64,000 nucleotides of DNA from Lepidodermella squamata (taxonomy: Eukaryota; Animalia; Gastrotricha): assembly GCA_047495785.1 (NCBI GenBank), contig JBLDXI010000042.1, forward strand, positions 3,534,001-3,598,000, in the 5' to 3' direction. The position numbers were made by a program, and so were the translations under genes. The notes under the pieces are model-generated. The model searched no databases. It worked only from the letters and a program-made list of their open reading frames with translations, and had not been told where the DNA came from. Positions 37,232-47,816 of this stretch are shown here, piece by piece (the first letter of the stretch is position 1; each line of letters begins with the position of its first letter).

Positions 37232-37724
37232 CAAGGGAAGGAAGTGAAACTCCTTCCCTTGTTCGTGTGCACCATCTGTTTGTGCAAGGGAAGGAAGGGA
37301 AACTCAATTAAATGCAAAAGGTTTTTTAGGGTAAACTCATCACTTATTCACTTTTTCAACACGCTGAAAACAGCCTCGGAATCAGCTCGACGAGGAGAAG
37401 ACGTTGGGCTATTAAAACGCGGAGAAATAATTATTTTTGGAAAATTAAAAAATCAGAAAATCATTTTTTCTCCGCGTTTTAATAGCCCAACGTCTTCTCC
37501 TCGTCGAGCTGATTCCGAGGCTGTTTTCAGCGTGTTGAAAAAGTGAATAAGTGATGAGTTTACCCTAAAAAACGTTTTGCATTTCATTGAGTTTTCCTTC
37601 CTTCCCTTGGTTTTTCAATTTGGTTTTTTCCGAAAAAAAGGAACACAGTTTTTGAAAAATGTCCGAAACTAGTAGTGTAATTAGCGACCATTGTTCTTTG
37701 ATTAGGTTTCACTTCCTTCCCTTG
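37232..37724. mobile_element. Non-autonomous DNA transposon (P- or hAT-type), 493 bp, with internal fold-back
   Basis: Perfect 19-bp TIRs CAAGGGAAGGAAGTGAAAC. Perfect 8-bp TSD GGTTGAGT at 37224-37231 and 37725-37732. Internal near-perfect palindrome 37285-37609 with ~140-bp arms. Confidence 0.9.
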
Positions 37725-38097
37725 GGTTGAGTTTGAGAAATTTGAAAAATTTGACGTTAAAATAGGTCGCAAATTTCATCAACAACTCAAGGAGAGTTTT
37801 CCTACAAAATAAAAATAATTAATTTTCGAATTAAATATGCTTGAAAGTCAAATTTTCAGCTACTAAGGGGATGTTCTCCTAATTATGCATAAGGTGGATC
37901 GATTTTAACGCCTGCAAATGCGCTAGTCTAAAATTAGCAGAAGTAGCACATCGTGTTTGAATGCGATGATTATGATGTTTATTCCGATGTTGAAAATGAA
38001 CCATATTCAAGGATAAATATTACTCTACAGGAAGCCATAAATATTAGATCCCCTTCAGTAAATAATGAATAAACCTTCAGCCAAATACTTGAGTTTT

Positions 38098-39111
38098 TTA
38101 CTCAGAGGACGCAATTAGTTCCGGCGGTAAGTTGTCGGCAATAAATCGCTCAAAATCGGCCAGCAGCTGCGGGTCTGTGAAATGATTACGCCAATCTCCG
38201 ACCTCGCCTTTCCGAATGAATTCCATGTCCTTACGAAAGATGCCAATCTTTTTGCCATGCGACCAGTTGTACGAATCATTTTTCCTCATTTCACCAACAC
38301 TGGTCGCCTGTTCGATTCGAGTTGTCGTCTCTTCATCAAGCTCTTTGCCAAGAAATTCGGCTATTTTTCGAATTGCTGATTTCGTGTCCTGAAAAACAAG
38401 TTTTATAATGTTTAACAAAGCTAAGTATGAGTTATAGCTTACCTTTTTGACATCTTCATATCGCAAAAATAGAACAGGCTTTCCACTGTTTGCATACTCG
38501 ACATAAGCTTTTATGTGCTCCGGATATGGGCCGAACAACATTTTTCCAGAAATGAATTGTCGCGCCCATTCCTCGAATGTGCCATTAGCTTGCCACAAGT
38601 CGTTAGCTGTCGCTTTCATATGATAGAAGTAAGAAACCGCAGCATCTTTAGCATTTCGGTAGATGTAAATCAACCGGCCGTTCATAATGTTCTTCGGCAA
38701 CAAAGCAGGCGGTAGATGCGTCATAAAAACTCGCTGTCCTGGTTTGGTCGCTAGTTTCTCCAAAGCAGACGGATGAGGCGGTTTAGGCAATTCGAACAAC
38801 ATGATGTCCTCTGGCGGGTACGGTTTGTCAAAATTTCCAGTTTCAATGAGGTAAACCATGTTGTGTAGCCAGTGCGTGCCGCTTTTCACGAAACTAGCCA
38901 CGGTTACGTCACCTTGTCGGATAGGGAAATCGTAAATCTGCGGCCAGTAAATCGGCATGAAAGCGGGTAGCCAGAAGTGGTTGAACAACGCGATTGGAGC
39001 GCCTTCTTTGTTGTTATTCAGAGGAGAAAATGTCTCACAAAACTTGAGTAACATTTTAGACATTTCCACTTGGTTGGGGGGTCCTCCCGCTTTTTGCGAA
39101 TGTTCGCTCAT
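38098..39111 (-). CDS. Cytosolic (SULT1-like) sulfotransferase; 54-nt intron 38389-38442
   Basis: 5'-PSB loop SFVKSGTHW; THLP; 3'-PB YIYRNAKDAAVSYFYH; FLRYEDVK; C-terminal RKGEVGDWRNHFT. Confidence 0.93.
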   Translation of the reverse strand: MSEHSQKAGGPPNQVEMSKMLLKFCETFSPLNNNKEGAPIALFNHFWLPAFMPIYWPQIYDFPIRQGDVTVASFVKSGTHWLHNMVYLIETGNFDKPYPPEDIMLFELPKPPHPSALEKLATKPGQRVFMTHLPPALLPKNIMNGRLIYIYRNAKDAAVSYFYHMKATANDLWQANGTFEEWARQFISGKMLFGPYPEHIKAYVEYANSGKPVLFLRYEDVKKVSYNSYLALLNIIKLVFQDTKSAIRKIAEFLGKELDEETTTRIEQATSVGEMRKNDSYNWSHGKKIGIFRKDMEFIRKGEVGDWRNHFTDPQLLADFERFIADNLPPELIASSE

Positions 39112-40080
39112 TTTGGTTGAAACACAATTTAAAAGAATCAACTTTGGATAAATAAATAGCTAAGTATACATTTAAAGACTGGATAATGGGCGCTTTAAAT
39201 AGCGCTCAGTGTCCTCCGAGGTGTGTCAAATAATGTCGAGTCGATAAAAAAATGTTTTATTAAGCTTTATAAAGAGCTGCGTGTACGCCGAGGTGATTCA
39301 AATTATGTCGCGTTGGTAAATGTAGTGAAAATTTTTTAAAGCTTCAAATAACATTTGTTCATGTTGATAAAATAGTAACATTATAAGGTCTGCGCACGTT
39401 AAGTTGTTGCCATGTTTGTGTTGACTTCAAAACTCGCACACATACCCGTTCACAAACTAATTTTTCTGGGTTAAACTATGATTTTAAATCGTCATAAAAT
39501 ATAAAATTGAAGCAGCAGGAATGCTGAAATAAAGTGGGTCAGCTTAGAGCGCGCGCCCGACCCAAGTTCGTTATAGAATGTGAATATCACGTTTGAAGCT
39601 GCCCGGAGCCAACTGGTCTCCTAGCGGGAAGTTCGTTATAAAAATTACGACATGCATAAATGAACCTAAAATCTACAAATTCTTCAATTATTTCTGGAGT
39701 TTCTTGCGCGTGGCTAAGAATGTCCTAGTTTAAAGACATCTCATGAATATTCATATTTTTCAAATTATTTCACTTTCGTTTGAGCTATTTTAGAGCTCAC
39801 GAAAAGGGCATCACTCCGGTCCGTTTTGTGGCGAGATAACAGCCTCATCTCACACGTGCTTGGAATGTAAGAAAACGTCATATCGACCCCATCGTGCTGT
39901 AGTTTTGGTTTCCCCTATAGAACTTTGGCTCGATCTCCTGCGTCATAGATGCAGATGCAATTTGTTGCATTAGGGACTCGTTGTCTGGCTTCAATTGAAC
40001 GCCACTTTACTCAGCTATTCACTACATCGGTGCATTTTTCATTTTTATCCTCATTTTTGATCATCTGTTCTCAATTACCG

Positions 40081-40317
40081 GTGTATACGATTGATTCTTG
40101 TGGACTCGTAAACGCGATGAAGGTTTTACTGGTGAAGTCTTAAGTGGCGAATCAAAAAGATATGCATAATCGCGGTATCATATCATACACCAGCAAATAG
40201 CTCCATCTATTCTCTAACTAACATAGGTAATCATTTCCTCTGACACTGACGACATGAAGAAATAAGCGGCAGCATATGTTCACGAAACATAGATAATAAA
40301 GTTCGATTGATCGGTGG
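40081..40317 (+). pseudogene. Decayed copy of the 3' end (M3-M4 and UTR) of the Cys-loop channel gene
   Basis: GTGTATACGATTGATTCTTGTGGACTCGTAAACGCGATGAAGGTTTTACTGGT aligns with 34629 GTGTATACAGTTGTTTCGTGTGGACTCGCAAACGATGAGCGCTTTACTGGT. Similarity continues, with indels, up to the CocE stop codon. Confidence 0.75.
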
Positions 40318-42015
40318 TTATTGAGGCATGAGGGTTCCAAAAATTAAGCTGCTACCGCCACCACTTTCGCCGCAGTGGATCTTGATGGCATCATCGCTCT
40401 TCGACGGCTCGTAGTTGACAATTTGGCTGAGCGGGTGAACAGGAAAATAGAATTTGCCACGAACCTCCAGGACCATGCTACTTCCCTTCTCGAAAAACGT
40501 CGAAGAAGGCAACAGCTGAACTGTAACAGTCTCGGGAGTGTTTGGCTTCATCGGTACTAATTCATCAAACGGTTTGTCCGCGTTCCAAGGCTCATTTTCT
40601 GGATAAGAGCCATAAGGCTTGCGCAAGGCGATTCGCTGCCAGCCCTTGGTAACCACGTCGAGACCCCAGCCAGTCATGCCTTCGAAATTGACCTCATTGC
40701 CTTGCGCGTCATATTTCCTGACACACACAAATAGATTGCCATCCTCAGTTGTCTCCGACGAAATCAGAAGAACAGCTTTCATCGGCCCAGAAACGATAGT
40801 ATCGACATCAAACGTGTGCTTGAACGAAGCTGAGCTGCTCAGGAGATGAAAAGAGACGGTTTTATCCTCCAGCTTAGCTTTCGGGTCCGCAATTTTCATC
40901 GTTCTATCCCCGTGGAAGCTGAATTTGACCCAGTTGGTTTGCTTCACTGGGTAAGCAGGCTCTTTGAATGTCAAAACCGAATGGACATGGCTGTTGTAGT
41001 CGACAACTTCAACGCGAACTCGCGGAACGTCTAACATCCCGTTGCTCGTTTCACCCTTCAAGAAGTGACTGAAAAACTTCAATTGCAGGGCAAGGCCCTC
41101 TTCGCTGTAGTATGCGGCCCATTTTCCGTTTCGATGGGTGAAAAGCCACTTATGCTCGGAACTGATGGTTCTAAACACACGGAACGAACCTTGCGTGTGC
41201 AGCCCATGGTCCGAATAGCTCATGCAAACCAAGGCTGGGCATTTGATGTTGGCCAAGTTCGGCGCCTTCGACAAATAAAAACTATCGTTGCGAGTTTCGA
41301 TCTTCTCCTGCAGAGCGCGGGTGTCCTCGTCGCTGTTTTCTCTCGTCTCCTTGCACCACATAACAACGAAACCGTCTTCGCGAATTCCACCGGGACGAGC
41401 GACATCTTTGTAGAAATCAGACAGGCCTTCCCATGGGCAAATTGCTGCCAAATGAGGCGGCTGGAGAGCCGCTACCTTGTATTGACTAATCGCCAAATAA
41501 GAAACGCCATTCAAACCAACTTTACCATTGCACCAAGACTGTTTCGCGATCCATTCAATCGCGTCGTAGTAATCCTCGGCTTCTTTATCAGAGCAGAGAA
41601 TGGGAAGCTTTTCATTTGTCTTCGACTTGCCATAACCGCGGATGTCCATGTTTATGACATTGAAGCCACGAGGGACCCAGAAAGCCGGGTCGGGCGCTTC
41701 CCAGCCGCAGCCTTCAGACATGACGACGTGATTGGCCTGGCGAATAATGCGGTATTGTAAAGGGACTGAATTGTAAACCCAGCCACGCTTCGGCAAAGCA
41801 TCCTTCAAGTAAGGATGGGCGCACATTATGACAGGTCGCGGCTCTTTGAGCCCCTCATCGCCAGGTGGCCGATAAAGATTAGCATACAGGGTGATACCAT
41901 CTCTCATTGGTATGGCAATGTCAAGGTCGGCATAAACACCATCCGGCAGTGGGATGATAGTCACATCAGGCTTGAAAATTCGAAAAAGTCGGTCAAGTGA
42001 ATACCAGAGAGGCAT
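40318..42015 (-). CDS. CocE/NonD-family hydrolase, copy 2, 565 aa, intronless CDS
   Basis: Same length and motifs as copy 1 (GVSYLA nucleophile, SDHGLH). Very similar protein with many synonymous changes. Confidence 0.92.
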   Translation of the reverse strand: MPLWYSLDRLFRIFKPDVTIIPLPDGVYADLDIAIPMRDGITLYANLYRPPGDEGLKEPRPVIMCAHPYLKDALPKRGWVYNSVPLQYRIIRQANHVVMSEGCGWEAPDPAFWVPRGFNVINMDIRGYGKSKTNEKLPILCSDKEAEDYYDAIEWIAKQSWCNGKVGLNGVSYLAISQYKVAALQPPHLAAICPWEGLSDFYKDVARPGGIREDGFVVMWCKETRENSDEDTRALQEKIETRNDSFYLSKAPNLANIKCPALVCMSYSDHGLHTQGSFRVFRTISSEHKWLFTHRNGKWAAYYSEEGLALQLKFFSHFLKGETSNGMLDVPRVRVEVVDYNSHVHSVLTFKEPAYPVKQTNWVKFSFHGDRTMKIADPKAKLEDKTVSFHLLSSSASFKHTFDVDTIVSGPMKAVLLISSETTEDGNLFVCVRKYDAQGNEVNFEGMTGWGLDVVTKGWQRIALRKPYGSYPENEPWNADKPFDELVPMKPNTPETVTVQLLPSSTFFEKGSSMVLEVRGKFYFPVHPLSQIVNYEPSKSDDAIKIHCGESGGGSSLIFGTLMPQ

Positions 42016-43034
42016 TTTTCAATAAATTTGGCCGGTAATCTAGGTTAAATAAAAGATTAATTTCAGTCAAGAACCTTTGGATGAGAATAAGTGTCAGGTT
42101 TTCCCGCGAGAAGTAAACTGCCGCTACTAATACATTGCTAAAGCCCTGATCTAGGCCTCAGCTTACAATTACTTATTTGTAGGGCCAAATAATACGCTGC
42201 GTAATAACGTTTGTAAAAAAACCTTCTAAAGAATGGGGTAGAAAAAAAACATGGGGAAACATGGCTTAGCGCCATGTAGAAAAACTGTATAAATAATACT
42301 AAAGAATTATCTGTAGCTTTATTTGCCTTTAACCCGGCTTTCATGTCGCAGAATTCCTCATAAAAAAAACCAGGGCAGCGAATACGATTATTAACACGCA
42401 GTAATTTTGAAGCGCTCGTTTGCAAATAATCCATTTCTTACTGTTAGATAGTACTACATACAGTGTGCATATAGGCCATAGCCATGAATTAATACGCACG
42501 ATCATCGATTTTTCCAACTGAAATACAACACAAGATCAAGTGGCAATCGCTTTTTCATCCCGAAAACAAAACATGCATCCAGTTCGCTACATTTTCTGAG
42601 ATCCCACTGGGCACGTGCCTAGATAGTATTCATGCTACGCCACACGATCAGAAGTGATCAATCAATCTCAACGCAACAAAATAATGACCCTGAAAACGTG
42701 CTATTCCGGGCAATCAAGGAGCAGCGGAAATCCAGGTTTCATCTAATTTGCAGTACCTGGATTTAATGAGAAAGTGTCTCATTTATATGAATCGTAATAG
42801 GAATCGTAAAAAAAGCAAATTAAGACATGAACGAAATGATGTTGTTCAATGCACCCCTCTCAGGCTGTGTGAGCAAAAAACTGTTGTGCAGAGCCTTATT
42901 TGTTTATTCATATCTCAATTAACAATACAAACTACGCTTGAAATGAGCTGACAACGTCATATGTTATATTTGAACATTTTTCCAGCAGTTATAATTAAAG
43001 GCTAGTGATGCTAATAAACAGCGAAGACACCTAG

Positions 43035-44789
43035 TCAAAATTCCTCATCATCGTCCTCGGTCTCACTTTCTGACTCTTGCTCGAGCTCGTGCTGCTCCAT
43101 CTCAGGACCAGGCTCCGGGTGCAGGACTCCGACAAGTAACGTGCTGCCCTGGTGAATTTTCACGACGTCATCGCTCTTTGATGGTTCATAGTCCACGATT
43201 TGCGCAAGGGAATGGACAGGGAAATAAAACTTGCCACGAACTTCCAACACCATACAGCTACCCTTCTCGAAATAAGTTGAAGACGGCAGTAATTGGATAT
43301 GAACTTTTTCAGTCACGCCCAGCTTCAGAGGAATTATCAGTTCGAAAGGCTTATCAGCATCCCAGGCGTCTTTGTAAGAATCATAAGGCTTTCGGAGGGC
43401 GATACGTTGCCAGCCTTTAGTAACTACGTCAAGGCCCCAACCATTCATACCCTCGAAATTGACTTCGTTACCGTCAACGTCAAATTTTCTGACGCAGAGG
43501 AATAGATTTGCGTCCGGGGCAGTTTCGGTGGAAATGACCAGGGTTGCCTTCATCGGCCCGCTAATGATAGTATCTTCGATGAAAATGTGTTTGAACGACG
43601 CAAAGCCGCTTAATAAGCTGAAAGAAAGCGCCGCGTCAGTTGGCTCGTCGACCTTTTCAGTCATTTCGTTCATCGTCCCGTTGGGAAATAAACCATAAAC
43701 GCGCCATTCAGTTTCGTCGACAGGGTAGATTGGTTCCTTGTAATGCACGATCGAATGAGTAATTGCGCCAGTGTCTCGAATTTCAATTCGAACTCGTGGA
43801 ATGGCCAACATGCCATTTTCGGTTGCGTCTTTGAGGAAATGGTCAAAAAACTTGAGCTGTAAAGCCATGGCATTCAAGCTGTAATAAGTTGCCCATTTGC
43901 CGTTACGGTGGGTGTACAGCCATTTGTGTTCCGAGCTGATTGAACAGAATGCTCGTAGTGAACCAAGGGTGCTGAAGCCGTGATCAGCGTAACTCATGCA
44001 GATTAAAGCCGGACATTTAATGGCAGTTAATTTCGGTGATTTGTTGAGGTAGAACGGGTTGTCGCGGGTTTCGAGTCGCTCAATCATCAGCCTTGTGTTT
44101 TCACTGGCCGATGCCTGGCTCATCTTACTCCAAAGGGCAGTGAAACCATCCTCTCGAACACCCCCAGGCCGGGCGACGTCTTTGAAGAAGTCACTCACGC
44201 CCTCCCAGGGACAAATAGCGGCTAAATGAGGAGGTTGAAGCGCTGCGACCTTGAATTGATTAGTTGCGAGGTAGGACAGGCCGTTAAGTCCGACTTTGCC
44301 ATTACACCAGGGTTGCTTGGCCACCCATTCTATAGCGTCGTAGTAATCCTCAGCTTCCTTATCCGAGAGCAGGAGAGGCATTTTTGTTGTAGATTTCGAC
44401 TTCCCGTAACCCCGAATATCCATATTGACCAAATTGTAGCCATTCGGTACCCAGAAAGCAGGATCTGGAGCGTCCCAGCTGCAGCCTTCGGACAGAAAGA
44501 CTTCGCCACTGATTCTGACGCTTCTAAATTGTTTAGGCAGCGTGTTCCACAGTCGACCACGATGAGGTAGGGCGTCCTTATCGTAAGGATGAGCGCACAT
44601 AATAACAGGACGGGGGTCAGTCCTCGCCGCGTCCCCAGCCGGCCGGTAGAGATTGGCGAAAAGAACTGCACCATCCCGCATCAAAATTTGAATATCACGG
44701 TCGACCTGAATTCCATCTGGCAGTGGTTCGATTACGACGTTTGGCTTAACGGCGCGAAACATGCGCTCAAAAGCGTAAGCTACTGACAT
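43035..44789 (-). CDS. CocE/NonD-family hydrolase, copy 3, more diverged, with acidic C-terminal tail
   Basis: GLSYLA nucleophile; AAICPWEG; ADHGFS; HRNGKW; ends EQESESETEDDDEEF. First ATG (MSVAYAF) at 44789. Confidence 0.92.
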   Translation of the reverse strand: MSVAYAFERMFRAVKPNVVIEPLPDGIQVDRDIQILMRDGAVLFANLYRPAGDAARTDPRPVIMCAHPYDKDALPHRGRLWNTLPKQFRSVRISGEVFLSEGCSWDAPDPAFWVPNGYNLVNMDIRGYGKSKSTTKMPLLLSDKEAEDYYDAIEWVAKQPWCNGKVGLNGLSYLATNQFKVAALQPPHLAAICPWEGVSDFFKDVARPGGVREDGFTALWSKMSQASASENTRLMIERLETRDNPFYLNKSPKLTAIKCPALICMSYADHGFSTLGSLRAFCSISSEHKWLYTHRNGKWATYYSLNAMALQLKFFDHFLKDATENGMLAIPRVRIEIRDTGAITHSIVHYKEPIYPVDETEWRVYGLFPNGTMNEMTEKVDEPTDAALSFSLLSGFASFKHIFIEDTIISGPMKATLVISTETAPDANLFLCVRKFDVDGNEVNFEGMNGWGLDVVTKGWQRIALRKPYDSYKDAWDADKPFELIIPLKLGVTEKVHIQLLPSSTYFEKGSCMVLEVRGKFYFPVHSLAQIVDYEPSKSDDVVKIHQGSTLLVGVLHPEPGPEMEQHELEQESESETEDDDEEF

Positions 44790-45142
44790 TTTATTCGAGT
44801 TTGCAGTCGAAACTAACACGAAAACAAAATTGAAGAAGCGCCGAGTGTGTGCGCGACATGCTCTAAAAGCTAGAGAATCGGCAATGAGGCTCCTTGCTTT
44901 TCATCTTCACATATATGGCGAAAATTCAGCGAGGCCGCCATCGATTAATCGCCTTTTTTTAGTGCACGCTAGCTTATTTCTGACATTTCACTTTCGCACG
45001 TTTTTTCAATTTATCGCGCGCGCAGCGAGGAATATTTTTCATGACAATACGCATCAAAATATTGACTTTGTGGTATACAGGGAGGTAGTGGGCGGTGTCA
45101 TTATTTAAAGCATTGATCGCAAAGGATATGAAATTGTTTTAT

Positions 45143-46060
45143 TCAATTTTTAGGGGCACTGCCACCGTCATAATCGCCACCGCCGGACACGTGCCTCGCG
45201 GTTAGATATTTGTCAGTCGCGGCTTTCGAGCGCACAGGGCTAGGCCTCAGGCTCGTCATGTCCGGTTCCCATATTTCGCTCAGTTGCTCCGAAGTCTTGG
45301 CATCGGGATCTGCCTCCTCAGCCATTGAGATCATTAGCTCCAAATCATCCACCTCTTGCTCTTCGTCAACATAGCCGCCTGCCAAAGTTCGCCCTACGAT
45401 TCCAGGGTCTGTTTGCAGCATGGCAAGTCGCAGCTGCCTATCCACCGCGATCCAATCTTCCTCGGCATCCAGTTGAGCCGAACGCCCGCCAACATTTTCT
45501 GGGTCATCGGATGCTGTTCGAAGCTTGCTTATCTTTTGTTTTGGGTTTTTGTTGAACAAATTCATGTAGATCTTAGAAACCCAAGGTGATGTTGCGCCAA
45601 TCGCCATACCGGCAACGCCCTGCCGAATGAAATCTGCACCTTGACTCTTCAATCCGCCCCATAGCGAAATGCCAAAAGTTTTTAATCCTCTGCCGGTCGC
45701 TTTGCCCCCAGGCTTGATAGCGACCCTCCAGAGCCACTTACCCCATCCTTCCTTCTTCACCGGCGCAGCCACGAGTTTCGGCCTAACGCGCCGAGGAATT
45801 GTCGCCTTTTTCATGGCAACTTTCTTGTTCACTTTAAAGCTTAATTTTGTCATTTTAGAAGGCACTCGCTTGACAGCAACTCGCCCTTGTACATCATTAT
45901 CATAGTAGATGTTCGCTGTCTGATCGTCATTGTCGGTTTCCTCAATGCCGTGAGCTTGCAGCAGTTTTTTCGACGTTGCAAGAGGCGAATCTGAGGCAGA
46001 AATAGCTGTGATTGCGAAGAAGACAGGGCAAATTAGGGAGACTAACCATCGACGGCGCAT
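45143..46060 (-). CDS. Secreted prepro-protein, unrecognised family, member 1
   Basis: Signal peptide; Lys/Arg-rich region; Trp/Gly amphipathic segment; family motifs GGRSA, DRQLRLAML, GIVGRTLA, DYDGGSAPK. Confidence 0.75.
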   Translation of the reverse strand: MRRRWLVSLICPVFFAITAISASDSPLATSKKLLQAHGIEETDNDDQTANIYYDNDVQGRVAVKRVPSKMTKLSFKVNKKVAMKKATIPRRVRPKLVAAPVKKEGWGKWLWRVAIKPGGKATGRGLKTFGISLWGGLKSQGADFIRQGVAGMAIGATSPWVSKIYMNLFNKNPKQKISKLRTASDDPENVGGRSAQLDAEEDWIAVDRQLRLAMLQTDPGIVGRTLAGGYVDEEQEVDDLELMISMAEEADPDAKTSEQLSEIWEPDMTSLRPSPVRSKAATDKYLTARHVSGGGDYDGGSAPKN

Positions 46061-46469
46061 GTTATCAAGGGCAAATAGAAGTAATCCACTTCCCCGAATA
46101 ATTATCAGAACATTTTAAGGCGGGTTTTTTTATTTTCCCCTTCCGATGTCACGTGTGGAATTTGAAAATATCTCGAGCGTCAAATGACCTGAGACTTGAG
46201 GCTAAGCCGTTTCTCCGTTTTCGAACTTCGAAATTCATCCAGATTTGTGTCCCACTTTGTTTTCGGGAATTAAAGATGATACAAAAGCAAGGAAGTGGCA
46301 TAAAAATGTCACCAACAATGTCACCAATAACAATGAGCTTGTAATTTCATGGTTGACAATTTTTGTAATGAAATGAAAGAAGTTTAGGTATGAGACTATA
46401 AACTGCATTTTATCTGAAATTTTCCAATTTTCCCCAATAAAGAATTGTAGGTTGTTTGAAAAATGTAGG

Positions 46470-47138
46470 TCAATTGCTATGAATAAAAAATTGAGCAGAT
46501 TTTGGTGGTTCGCCTCCGTCGTAGTCCCGTGATTTAGCCATTTTCGAAACCTTTTCCGGTTCAAATTTGATCATCTTATCACCGCTCAGCTTTCCAACTT
46601 TTAATTGCGGCCTACTTCGCAATATTTTTGGCAGTTCACCCAGCTGCTTTCTGCCCTCATTAGAAGCCAAATCCCGCAAATTTTCGCCAACGCGCCGCAT
46701 TAGCTTTGCATTGCTGTTTTCAGCCGATCGACCTTCAATCGCATTTGAAGCCCGGCGAAGTTTTATCATTCGTAATTCGTGATCAGTTATCATCTTAGCA
46801 CGAGCTGAGTTCTTTCGCTTTCCCGTCCGTCCTTCCATGGTGTAGCCGTCGAATCCGTCGTCGTAGTCGGCGTCTAAATAAGGTGACTTGTACTTTTCTT
46901 TCGCCAGTTTATTTTCCCATATCGAAAATCCTATCTGGCTACCGAATTGCAGCACCATGAATACAGCTTCGAATATAAATTCAACAAAGCGCCGAGGCCT
47001 CGAGCGGAGATGATTCGCGCTAACGGTGGTGTTGGGCCAGGAATTGTTTACTTCATAAATCGGTGGGATGTAGCTTTCGTAAGTTTGGTTGGCATTTAAA
47101 ATTAGGACAGCGCAAGACAGTAGGATAAGAGCATGCAT
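46470..47138 (-). CDS. Secreted prepro-protein, unrecognised family, member 2
   Basis: Signal peptide; furin site RPRR followed by hydrophobic FVEFIFEAVFMVLQFGSQIGFSIW; ADYDDGF; EGR; DHELRMIKL; IEGRS; DYDGGEPPKSAQFFIHSN. Confidence 0.8.
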   Translation of the reverse strand: MHALILLSCAVLILNANQTYESYIPPIYEVNNSWPNTTVSANHLRSRPRRFVEFIFEAVFMVLQFGSQIGFSIWENKLAKEKYKSPYLDADYDDGFDGYTMEGRTGKRKNSARAKMITDHELRMIKLRRASNAIEGRSAENSNAKLMRRVGENLRDLASNEGRKQLGELPKILRSRPQLKVGKLSGDKMIKFEPEKVSKMAKSRDYDGGEPPKSAQFFIHSN

Positions 47139-47816
47139 TTTACAGACAGAAGATACCGCAATGTTTTACTGAAAAATGTAAAATTCTTAAGGATGACTTT
47201 TCGATTTCCTAATTTTCACGTCGAATTTAGATGACTTGATTAAAGTACCTCTTTCAATAGTTGAATTTTGCCGACATCGATTTTCGATTGATATGCAACT
47301 TTTTATTTATTAATTTTAAATATTTATCTGCGGGGTGGAGCATGGGGTGGGGCTATTTAGCCAAAGGAGGATGTGTTTACTATTTCTAGCTTCGCCTTTG
47401 CGGCTGCTAGGTTTCACGAAGTTTCCTCTTCATCGAAAAATTGTGCTAACTTCCTTTCTTACTTATTCGAGAAACGTTTAGGATGAGCTAACAAGCCTTA
47501 GATAGTCCCAAAATATTGCGACTTTATTATCCGCGGATTATATCGAATTGACTTTGGAGCAAAGCACATCCATTCTTCTCCCCATTGTTCGCGGATTTTC
47601 CGAATTCGCTATTGACCAAAGACTAAACTATCTCACTTATAATATAAATTTTATTCATTCATTCAAAATATTGATAGGTATGCATAATAAGCATCAGAAC
47701 CAGCGACATTAGATCACACCACGCCAGAAAAACCCAAATGACGCATTACGTTTCCACGATTTTCATCAGCTCCACATAAAGATGCTTCACAGCCTATTTT
47801 CAGAAAACTGAATCTA

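Noticed and set aside
39564-39640. Repeated AAGTTCGTTATA words resembling transposon subterminal motifs
   Set aside because: Only two short copies; no TIR or TSD could be delimited.
34875-44789. Bacterial contamination as the source of the CocE genes
   Set aside because: They are interleaved with intron-bearing animal genes, and a host channel fragment was co-duplicated with one copy.
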